Source of the DNA: Minisyncoccota bacterium
GTDB taxonomy: Bacteria > Patescibacteriota > Minisyncoccia > UBA6257 > 02-FULL-45-10c
Direction: 5' to 3'
DNA: 64,000 bases
NCBI GenBank assembly: GCA_028716745.1
Contig: JAQUPE010000002.1
Coordinates: 29,819 to 93,818 of the forward strand
The notes beneath the pieces are model-generated. The model was not told the DNA's origin. It saw nothing but the letters and a program-made list of their open reading frames with translations, and made no database searches. Shown piece by piece: positions 17,358-27,000 of this stretch. The translations under genes were made by a program, and so were the position numbers. Position 1 is the stretch's first letter, and each line of letters begins with the position of its first letter.

Positions 17358-18053
17358 TTATCTCGCCAGACTTTTTAGCCTTTCAACTTCCAAAGGCGAA
17401 AGAATTCTAAATTTTCCCGGAGTTAATCCCCTGGAATCAATATTTCCTATTCTCAAACGTTTTAATTTCACTACGGTAAGATAAACCGCCGTTGTCATTC
17501 TTCTAATCTGATGCTTTCTTCCTTCTTTTAAAATAATTCTGAATTTATTGCTATCCATAATTTTTACTTTTGCGGGCAATGTCTTTTTCCCGTCCAGCTC
17601 AATTCCCTCCTCCATTTTTTTCGCTTTTCCATCGGAAATAGTTTCTCTTGTAAAAACTTCGTATTCTTTTTCAATCAAATGCTCCTTTCCGGTAATAGCT
17701 GAAGTCACAACTCCGTCATTGGATAAAAGCAACAATCCCTCGCTGTCTTTATCCAGCCTTCCTACTACATTTAAGTCCTTAAATTGAGGAAAAACATCAA
17801 AAACAGTCGTTCCTTCAAACTCGCTTTTGGAACAAACAACCTCGCGCGGCTTGTAAATCGCCACCGTAATTTTTTTCGCCGCTTCTTGCTTGCCCGCTCC
17901 GGAAACTTCAACTTTGTCTTTTTCGGGATCAATCTGCGTTCCAAGCTCGCGGACTATTTTCCCATTAACTTTAATAAGCCCCTTAAGGATAAAAGCTTCC
18001 GTTTCTCTCCTGGACAGCACTCCTTTTTGCGACAAATATTTCTGTATTCGCAT
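17358..18053 (-). CDS. pseudouridine synthase, RsuA/RluB family (N-terminal S4 domain)
   Basis: MRIQKYLSQKGVLSRRE (S4) and VVGRLDKDSEGLLLLSNDG (catalytic Asp motif). Confidence 0.85.
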   Translation of the reverse strand: MRIQKYLSQKGVLSRRETEAFILKGLIKVNGKIVRELGTQIDPEKDKVEVSGAGKQEAAKKITVAIYKPREVVCSKSEFEGTTVFDVFPQFKDLNVVGRLDKDSEGLLLLSNDGVVTSAITGKEHLIEKEYEVFTRETISDGKAKKMEEGIELDGKKTLPAKVKIMDSNKFRIILKEGRKHQIRRMTTAVYLTVVKLKRLRIGNIDSRGLTPGKFRILSPLEVERLKSLAR

Positions 18054-18097
18054 GTTTTGCTTTATAATATAGTATAAACTTTATTAATTCCAATATT

Positions 18098-18823
18098 ATG
18101 GTTGAATCATCGGTTGTTATCAGAACTAAAAATCAAGGCAAATGGCTCGGAGAGTGTCTTAAAAGATTATCCGAACAGACATATAAAAATTTTGAAATTG
18201 TCATCGTTGATTCCGGCTCCACCGACAACACTTTGGAAATTGCCAAAAAATACGGGGCTAAAATTTTTGAAATAAAACAGGAACAATTTTCTTTCCCCTT
18301 CGCGTTAAATTACGGATGCGAACGGGCATCTGCCGAAAAATATTTTATTTTTATGAGCGGACATTGTTGGCCGATTTCCAAAACCTGGATTGAAGACGGA
18401 ATGAAGGATTTTAGCCTTGCCGAAAATATTATGGGAGTATATGGCCCGGTTTGGGCGCTTCCGGACGGAAGTTTTTGGGAAAAAATAATCTTCAATAAAT
18501 ATATCAGCATTATTAAGATGCTATTCAGAAAAAAAAGAATTGTCAGAAAAGACGAAATGGGCGCCGTGGGATTTACCAACGCCATAATTAAAAGAAAACT
18601 ATGGGACGAATATCATTTTAATGAAGCTTTTGGATTCGGCGGAGAAGACAGCGACTGGGTCCGCCATTGGTTCAATAATGGAATGATAGCCGTAAAAGAC
18701 ATAAAATTTTCCATTTATCATTCTCATGGATTAGGGCTTAAAAAATTGCTCGAACAGCATAAATATTGGGGCTCCGTACAGACTCCCCAGCCGTTCAGAG
18801 AACTAACTCATAGAAAAAAATAA
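18098..18823 (+). CDS. family 2 glycosyltransferase
   Basis: VVIRTKN...IVIVDSGSTDNT...GGED pattern. Confidence 0.75.
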   Translation: MVESSVVIRTKNQGKWLGECLKRLSEQTYKNFEIVIVDSGSTDNTLEIAKKYGAKIFEIKQEQFSFPFALNYGCERASAEKYFIFMSGHCWPISKTWIEDGMKDFSLAENIMGVYGPVWALPDGSFWEKIIFNKYISIIKMLFRKKRIVRKDEMGAVGFTNAIIKRKLWDEYHFNEAFGFGGEDSDWVRHWFNNGMIAVKDIKFSIYHSHGLGLKKLLEQHKYWGSVQTPQPFRELTHRKK

Positions 18824-18826
18824 ATT

Positions 18827-19588
18827 ATGGATTATTTTAAAACAGAAGAAGACTTCAAAAAATTGTGCGGTTATGATATCGACGGCAAGTGGTATCCGCG
18901 CGTTACGAAAATCGTGGAAATAAAATCCAAGCCGGCGCTTTATATGTTTTACGGCGGAATGCCCAGCTACTCCGCCGCCAAAGCCATGACTGCCAAGTCT
19001 GCCACCGAAGGAACATTAATACACGAAACAGTGGAAAAATTTATGATCGGCGAAAAACCGGAAATTGCCGCTGAAATAAAACCGGCCGTTGACGCCTTTC
19101 TTAATTTTTTTGAAATGAACAACATTCAAATAGACAAAGATTTTGTAGAAAAAAGAATTTGCCACCCAGAGCACAGATATGCCGGAACAATCGATACGCT
19201 GGCGCTCATTGACGGAAAATTCGGCGTGCTGGATATAAAAACTTCGCAGGCAATTTACCGGGATTATAATCTGCAGACCTCGGCATATATTGAAGCGCTT
19301 ACATCGGAATTTCCAAACCTGGAAACGCGCTGGATTTTGCGGATTGACCAAACCAGAGACTGCTTGCGCTGCGGCGCAACTCTCCGCCCGAAAGGAGGAA
19401 CCAATAAAATACGCAAAGGAAGGCTTCCTCTCTGCCACGACGGCCAGCACGAGTGGACGGATCTCACCGGAAAAATAGAATTGAAAGAATTTCCTTTTTG
19501 GAAACAAGATTTTCAGGCATTTTTAGGAGCTAAAAAATTATGGGAATGGGAAAACGAACTTTGGCTCCAAAAAATCGGCTATTTATAG
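18827..19588 (+). CDS. PD-(D/E)xK nuclease-superfamily protein with an inserted Cys3-His zinc-ribbon-like segment
   Basis: GTIDTLALIDGKFGVLDIKTS (D...D/E-x-K core) and CLRCG...CHDGQHEW. Confidence 0.5.
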   Translation: MDYFKTEEDFKKLCGYDIDGKWYPRVTKIVEIKSKPALYMFYGGMPSYSAAKAMTAKSATEGTLIHETVEKFMIGEKPEIAAEIKPAVDAFLNFFEMNNIQIDKDFVEKRICHPEHRYAGTIDTLALIDGKFGVLDIKTSQAIYRDYNLQTSAYIEALTSEFPNLETRWILRIDQTRDCLRCGATLRPKGGTNKIRKGRLPLCHDGQHEWTDLTGKIELKEFPFWKQDFQAFLGAKKLWEWENELWLQKIGYL

Positions 19589-19748
19589 TAAAAAATAATT
19601 TGCAGATGCTAAATTAATGATATTTAGCACCAAATTTTCCATACTTTAACGCTTAATTTGCTCCGCCTATTATTTGAATTTTTTTTATTCACATTTTCCC
19701 TTATTTTTTGAGATTATATACATATAAGTATGTTATAATAATCTTTAT

Positions 19749-22700
19749 ATGAAAGTCGGGCACGTCTCGCGTAAAAATTTTGCTCTGACATTTTTTATTG
19801 CTGTTTTTATTTTCGGCTTTTTAGGCCTCATCAATACATCTCTCGCCTGGACTAGCCCCACACAGACCCCTCCCAATGGGAATGGGGTTGTTTCCGCATC
19901 CAGCGGATTTCTTGGAGTCGGCGGAATAACTGCTCCCGCCCAATCTCTTCAAATAAAAGCTTCTGCCGACAACGGAGTTTATCCTCTCGACATTACTCTT
20001 CCCAATGGAAACAGAAGGGCAGCGTTTTATTTAGCCAACGGAAACGGTTCATTTTATCTTTACGATTCTGCTAACGCCACCAAAGTACTTTTAACATCTT
20101 ACATGAACGATCCGAGCTATTTTAATATTACAAACGGAAATTTCGGACTTGGAACAACTGTGCCGACAGAAAAATTTGACGTCAGAGGAACTTCATACTT
20201 CGGAGGAAATACTGATATCTACGGACACATAACTATTAATAACAGCGGCGGCGTAGTAAAAATACAACCCGGGACAGTCACTTCTCCGGGAATTCAAATT
20301 GCCGGCGATCCCAATACCGGAGTCTATAGCCCCGACGCGGACAGAATATCATTTGTCACTGCCGGAACAGAAAGAATATCTATTCTCGCAAATGGAAATG
20401 TCGGAATCGGAACAACCAACCCCACTCAGCCTTTCAGCGCAAAATCTGGAAGCACAGTGCTTAATTTTTCAGGCAGCGGAGAATTTTTAACTAACGCAGT
20501 ATTTTCACAATTGGGAGCAACCAGCTATCTTGGAAATACAATTACCAACTACAGCACCGTCGATGATTTAAAAATAGAACCGCGAACAAATACAAAAAAT
20601 CTTTTATTGGCAACCGGAACAGGAAATGTCGGAATTGGAACAACCGCGCCGATGGGAAAAATTGATTTGGGAACTACGGGAGATTTTATTTTTGGAACGA
20701 CAACAGAAAAAATAAATTTAAGCGGAAATTATTTAAGACTTAAGGCACGAGGAAGCTCTGTTGCTTCACAAGAAATAACTATAAGCAGGCACGATGATAC
20801 CTATGATTATTTAAAACTTGACACTGATTCAATTATTTTTACTTGGAGAAAAGCGGCCGATATTAATGGAAACACAAATATTTATGGCTACTACAATATG
20901 TCCGGCGGAACATATCTTAATATGGGAGGCAGCCCAATTTACGGCAACACCACAGCCTCCGGAAATCTTACTCTCCACTCAACATCGCATGCCACAAAAG
21001 GAATTGTCCGTATTAATCCTTCTGGAGGAAACGTCGGCGTAGGAACCACTGCCCCTTCAGCCGCATTTGCAGTAAGCGGATCTATCTATACCTCCGGCGG
21101 ATATGTATTTCCCGATGGAATATTATTTACAGGAACCGGAACTTTCGGACAATGGTCTAAAACCGGCGCAAACATTTATCTGACTAACAGCTCTGATAAT
21201 GTTGGAATATCAACTACTACTCCAAATCAAAAACTGCGGATTGATTCCGGAAATATTAAATTAAGCGGCGGTTCAGGATTTGCCTGGAAGGGAATATCCG
21301 GATCAGACTCTTTTTCTTCTATGACAAACGGGCTATTTAAATTGTATTACGGCAACGACAACGATGGCTCATTGGTTTTAAATACCAACGCTAGCTCTCT
21401 TACAGAAATTTATGCCACTGGCGCATCCACCGGCTTAACCCTTGGAGTTAATAGCGCGGAAAAAATAAGAATCTCCCCCGCCGGAAATGTCGGTATCGGT
21501 TCAACCGGACCGACAGCCGAACTTGATGCAAGCGGACGCGGAAGATTTTCTCAAGGAATACAAATTACAGGAAATACATCTTTCCCCGCCGACACAGGAT
21601 TAGTTTTAAGAAGCTACGCGGGCTACAAAGAAATTCAATCTTTTAATAGCTCTCCTATCGCTCTCAATCCTGTCGGCAATAATGTCGGAGTTGGAACAAC
21701 CACTCCATATAATACTTTTGCTGTTTCTTCTGCAGGATCCGATCAAACACTTTTTAGATCTACCGGAACTTCCTATGGAACAGTAAATATAGATGTCGGG
21801 GGAACAGGAATTCCTAATTTGCAATTCAGGCAAGCCGGAGTCGCAAAAGCCGCAATCGGAGTTGATGCTGCGGGAAAATTATTATTTGGAATACCAAATA
21901 CCTCCAGCGCAAAAATGCTCATCGATACAAACGGAAATGTTGGAATTGGAATAGCAACGCCAACCGCGCAGCTGCATATTCCATCAAAAATACCGACAGC
22001 AGCAACCGGAGTAGCAACAACTTCAGATAAGCCAATTTCTCTAACTGTCCAGGGAAGATATGCCTATGTAGGAACCGAGGATCTTTCTAATTTTCAAATT
22101 TTTGATATTTCAAACCCTACCGCGCCCTTACTTATGGGGTCCACCGGACTTGGAGCTTATGATGTAATACTCTCTCCCCGTGTTCAGGGAAGTTATGCTT
22201 ACGTATTAAACAATACTGACGCGCTTCTTTATGTCGTTAATGTTTCCAATCCAATAACCCCTGTAATTGTGGGAAGCGTAGCAACTGGAGCATCTCCTTA
22301 CGATCTTTATGTCTCAGGAAAATATGCATACGTAGCAAACTACACTCCAAAAACTCTTCAGATATTTGATATTTCTAATCCGCACTCGCCAATCAGCGTA
22401 GGCAGCGTCGCCACAACGGACAATCCTCAAACTGTTTATGTTCAAGGAAGATATGCATACGTTGCGGGCGCCGATCTTCAAATTTTTGATATTTCAAACC
22501 CTGCATCTCCCGTAAGCGTTGGAAGCTATGCAACAATGGGAAGCACTCAGACCGTAGTAGTTCAAGGAAGATATGCTTATATGGGCAGTTCCGGATCGCA
22601 AGTGCTTGAAGTTCTTGATGTTGCAAATCCCGCAGCCCCATCAAGCGTAACTTGGATTAGCACAGGAGTAAGCACAAGAGTTTATTCTGTTCAAGGAAAA

Positions 22701-24020
22701 TATTTATATGCCGCTAACGGAACTCAATCTACTTTTCAAATTTTTGATATTTCAAACCCTGCATCGCCGACAAGCATGGGAACTGTTTCCACGGAAACCA
22801 CTCCTCAGTATGTCTGCGTCCAAGGAAGATATGCATATATAGTAAATTTTAATTCAGACTCTCTCCAAGTTTTTGACCTCAGCGGATCATACATACAACA
22901 ATTAGAAGCAGGCGGAATAGAAACAGGAACTTTATCTGTTAGAACAAATGCAATTATCAATAATGATTTGGATGTAAGAGGAGGTTTGCAGATAGGAGGC
23001 GGACTGGCAGCATACGGAGCTTCTTCATTCTTCAGTACCAGCACTGACAATATTCTTTCTGTTGCAAGAAAAGGAGGAACTTATCCTACTGTATTTAAAG
23101 AAGGCACAGACGGAGCCTTTATTTTGAATAATAATAATGTTGATGTTTTAACATTAAAATCAGGCAATGTAGGAATAGGAACCACCGCCCCAAGCGCATC
23201 ATATGGAACACTGACCGTCGCCGGTACGGGAGTAACTATTTCAGACGATGGCAATGCCAAATTACAGCTTGGACGATACAGCGGGGCCGCTGACTATTCC
23301 TATATTAAAGCTTCCGCTGCATCGCAAGGATTTAAATTTTCAAATGCCTTGGACACTGCAGATTTGGTTATTATAAAAAATGCCGGTAATGTAGGCATCG
23401 GCGTTGATCCGGGAAGCTATAAACTTAATGTTAACGGACCGCTTAATGCCACAGCTCTATGGGAAAATAGCAGCAGCAAACCAACCGATAACTATGCACT
23501 AAGAGGAACATGGACTGATCTCGGCAGCTACCCTTCCGCCTGCAGCGGTTATAATATGGCAACCGGAATTGGAGATACCCTAACATGCGGATTCAACGCA
23601 TACCCTGTTTACGCAAGCGAAACAACTGCCAATCAACGCATTCAAACCGATACAAATACAAACGTTTATGTTTATCTGGATGAAGTAAGAGATCCTCAGG
23701 GCAGATGGAATTCCGATTATTATTATTCCTGCCCGGTAACCGGCTATTACCAAGTCTCCGCCGGATTTATGGCATCTGATGTAGAAGCCGGCAAATGGGC
23801 TGAAGCCATTATCGCTGTAAGCGGATCGGCAAGATGCGTTCAATCTAAATCTCAATATGGAGTAGGTGGATGGGAAGTTTGGCAAACTTCTTGTAAGGTT
23901 TATTGCACGTCAAGCCAATCCATTTCCTTAATGACTAAAAGCGCCGATCCAGATTACTATATTAGATATGAGCCTGGCATCGGCTATGCCTATATTTCAA
24001 TTTATCTTGCCGGATTATAA
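19749..24020 (+). CDS. giant secreted paralog 1 (1423 aa): signal peptide, GNVGIGTT-type fibre-like repeats, 7 LVIVD-type repeats, conserved connector, divergent Cys-containing C-terminal tip
   Basis: N-terminal hydrophobic segment ending SLA|WTSP. Repeated G-N-V-G-I-G-T-T-x-P units from about aa 30-760. Seven units of G[RK]YAY...LQIFDISNP.SP (LVIVD-like, PF08309-type) at ~22044-22975. Then YIQQLEAGGIETGTLS..., then C-terminal ...YPSACSGY..GIGDTLTCGF.... Confidence 0.8.
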   Translation: MKVGHVSRKNFALTFFIAVFIFGFLGLINTSLAWTSPTQTPPNGNGVVSASSGFLGVGGITAPAQSLQIKASADNGVYPLDITLPNGNRRAAFYLANGNGSFYLYDSANATKVLLTSYMNDPSYFNITNGNFGLGTTVPTEKFDVRGTSYFGGNTDIYGHITINNSGGVVKIQPGTVTSPGIQIAGDPNTGVYSPDADRISFVTAGTERISILANGNVGIGTTNPTQPFSAKSGSTVLNFSGSGEFLTNAVFSQLGATSYLGNTITNYSTVDDLKIEPRTNTKNLLLATGTGNVGIGTTAPMGKIDLGTTGDFIFGTTTEKINLSGNYLRLKARGSSVASQEITISRHDDTYDYLKLDTDSIIFTWRKAADINGNTNIYGYYNMSGGTYLNMGGSPIYGNTTASGNLTLHSTSHATKGIVRINPSGGNVGVGTTAPSAAFAVSGSIYTSGGYVFPDGILFTGTGTFGQWSKTGANIYLTNSSDNVGISTTTPNQKLRIDSGNIKLSGGSGFAWKGISGSDSFSSMTNGLFKLYYGNDNDGSLVLNTNASSLTEIYATGASTGLTLGVNSAEKIRISPAGNVGIGSTGPTAELDASGRGRFSQGIQITGNTSFPADTGLVLRSYAGYKEIQSFNSSPIALNPVGNNVGVGTTTPYNTFAVSSAGSDQTLFRSTGTSYGTVNIDVGGTGIPNLQFRQAGVAKAAIGVDAAGKLLFGIPNTSSAKMLIDTNGNVGIGIATPTAQLHIPSKIPTAATGVATTSDKPISLTVQGRYAYVGTEDLSNFQIFDISNPTAPLLMGSTGLGAYDVILSPRVQGSYAYVLNNTDALLYVVNVSNPITPVIVGSVATGASPYDLYVSGKYAYVANYTPKTLQIFDISNPHSPISVGSVATTDNPQTVYVQGRYAYVAGADLQIFDISNPASPVSVGSYATMGSTQTVVVQGRYAYMGSSGSQVLEVLDVANPAAPSSVTWISTGVSTRVYSVQGKYLYAANGTQSTFQIFDISNPASPTSMGTVSTETTPQYVCVQGRYAYIVNFNSDSLQVFDLSGSYIQQLEAGGIETGTLSVRTNAIINNDLDVRGGLQIGGGLAAYGASSFFSTSTDNILSVARKGGTYPTVFKEGTDGAFILNNNNVDVLTLKSGNVGIGTTAPSASYGTLTVAGTGVTISDDGNAKLQLGRYSGAADYSYIKASAASQGFKFSNALDTADLVIIKNAGNVGIGVDPGSYKLNVNGPLNATALWENSSSKPTDNYALRGTWTDLGSYPSACSGYNMATGIGDTLTCGFNAYPVYASETTANQRIQTDTNTNVYVYLDEVRDPQGRWNSDYYYSCPVTGYYQVSAGFMASDVEAGKWAEAIIAVSGSARCVQSKSQYGVGGWEVWQTSCKVYCTSSQSISLMTKSADPDYYIRYEPGIGYAYISIYLAGL

Positions 24021-24034
24021 ATAAAATATAATTT

Positions 24035-27000
24035 ATGGAAAAAATTAATCAAAAAATAAAATTTATAATCATCGGCGCCGTTTCTATTGCGGGAGCTTTT
24101 GCTTTTTCACAATCGGCTTTTGCCTGGTCAAATCCTGCCCAATCCCCTCCCGCCGAAATAGGATCTCTTAAATTTACCAGCGGCTTTCTCGGCATAGGCG
24201 GAATTGTAACTCCTTCTCAATCTCTCCAAATAAAATCTGCTTCTATTAATGGGGTCTATCCTCTTGATTTATTAAATAATTCTTCCGGCAGAAGGGCGGC
24301 GTTTTATATAGCTAACGAAAATGGCTCGATATATTTTTATGATTCCGCGGGAGCTGAAAAAATATTACTTACTTCTTACTGGGGCAATCCAAGCTACATT
24401 AATACCAGCGGAGGAAATTTTGGAATAGGAACAACAGATCCGCAATATAAATTGGATGTAAAAGGAAGCGTCCGCGCAACCAGCAACATCTGGGTATATG
24501 GCAGCATAATAATGAGCAAGAGCGACGGAGTTATTCAAATGAGGGCCGGGACTGCTGCTCTTCCGGGTATTGTAATCAGCGGTGATGAAAATACCGGAAT
24601 ATTTAGTTCTGGCGCCGATAAATTATCATTTTCCGCTGGCGGCACAGAAAGAATTACTATGCTGGACAATGGAAATGTAGGAATTGGAACAGCTACTCCG
24701 GATTCCGCATTTACTGCTATGGGCGGCACTTTTAAATTACAGGTAAAATCTGGGGAAATATTTACCAGCGGATTTTATGCCCAACCGGGAGGAACAACCT
24801 ATCTCGGCAATACTATATATAATTATGCGACCGATGCCGATTTAACGGTAAATCCCCGCACAACTTCAAAAAATCTTCTATTAGCAACCGGAACCGGAAA
24901 TGTCGGAATTGGAACAACCGCTCCATTAGGAAAACTAGATATTGGGTCAACCGGAACCTTGGCTTTTGGAGCAGCTACCGAAAAAATAGAAAGCATAGGG
25001 CACTCCAGCGGAAAATACATTACTATCACCGCCAGAGGAGGCGCCACTTCGGCAAGATCTATTTGGATGGGAAGAAGAGGAGATGACTATAACTATCTAT
25101 GGATGGATACCGACGCCACTAAATTCTCATTCCAAAAAGGAATGCAGATTGTCGGAGGAAGCAATATTTATGGAAATCTTGTTTTTGGCGGAAGCACATA
25201 TCTTCTCGGCATGGGAGGCAGTCCGATTTACGGAAATAATACATCTTCCGGCAACCTTATTCTTGATTCAACATCAAGCGGAACAAAAGGATTCGTTCTT
25301 ATTAATCCTTCAGGAGGAAATGTAGGCGTGGCCACCACTTCTCCAGGAGCCGTATTCGCGGTTAATGGAACTATTTATTCCAACACAGGATATAAATTCC
25401 CGGATGGAGCGCTTATAACTAATGGCGCAGGGTTAAATTCTTGGACAAGAGCGAATCCAAACACCTACCCAACTACCATCGGCAATAATATCGGCATAGG
25501 AACCTCTTCCCCTGACGAAAAATTGCATGTAGCAGGAAATATTAAATTATCCGGAACAGGAAAATTAATTTGGGGAATGAATTCCTGGATTAATTCTTCT
25601 GATGGATTATTTACTCTCAATGCTCCTTCCAATTCATTAAAACTAGACGTAAATCCAAGCGGCGTTTCTCAAATCCTTACTTCTGGCGCCTCCAGTCTTA
25701 CTCTTGGCGCTAGCAGCACAGAAAGAATTAGAATTTCCGCCGCTGGAAACGTTGGAATAAATTCAACAGACCCAGGCGTTGAATTTGATGTTACCGGACG
25801 AGGAAGATTTTCTCAGGGAATGCAAATTACCGGATGGCAAACATTCCCCTCAGGAACGGGACTTATCATGCGCGATGCCGGCACCTACAAAGAAATACAA
25901 TCTTTTAATTCCACTCCCCTTGCGCTAAATCCTGCAGGAAATAACGTCGGAATTGGAACCACCGATCCAATCGCCACATTTACCGCACAAGGAGCTGTCT
26001 CCGACATAGCCTTATTCAAATCTACCGGCTCATCTTATGGAACAGTAAATATAGATGTCGGAGGAACAGGAATTCCTAATTTGCAATTTAAACAGGCTGG
26101 AACAGCAAAAGCTGCAATCGGAGTTGATTCTCTAGGAAAATTAATATTCGGATTAGCCGATACTTCCGCCATAAAGATGACTATTGATACAAATGGAAAT
26201 GTCGGAATAGGAACAACTACTCCGTTGGCGCAATTATACGTAGCCGGAAGAACAACTCCTGTCCAAACTGGTTCCGTAGGATCAAGTTCGAATATTTATA
26301 ATACTTACATGGCCATTCAAGGAAATTATGCCTATCAAGTAGATGCTGAGGATTCTTCCGTTCTTCAAGTTATTGATATTTCCAACCCGGCCTCTCCAGA
26401 AATTATTTCGTCAACAAATCTTGGTGCTATATCTTTGGATATAGCCGTCCAAGGAAAATACGCATATATTACCGGCCCAGATTTGAAAGTTTTTGATATT
26501 TCCAATCCGAAAGCTCCGGTGAATATTTCTACGCTAGGCATAGTCGGAGATAAAATTTATGTCCAAGGAAAATATGCGTATGTGGCAACAAACGTAAATT
26601 ATGGCGCTCAAACTTTAAAAATTGTTGATATTTCAAATCCATTTGTTTTAACTACTGCCGGCTCCGTTGCAGCAACAAATATACCTACCGATATCTTTGT
26701 CCAAGGAAGATATGCCTACATAGCCGGCTATGACGCAAATTGCAAAATAGCTGATATTTCTAATCCGGCCTCGCCTGTAATAGTCAGTTCTTTTTCGACT
26801 ACCGATGCGGCAACTTCTATTTATGTCCAAGGAAGATATGCCTATATTTCTACAAGCCCGATGAACTCCGGCAATTTATTGGTGTATGACATTTCTAATC
26901 CCGCCGCTCCATCAAATATAGCAACACTAGGTCTGGGCAATGATGTTAAATCTATTTATGCCCAAGGAAGATATGTTTATGCAGGAGTAAGACTTTCTAA

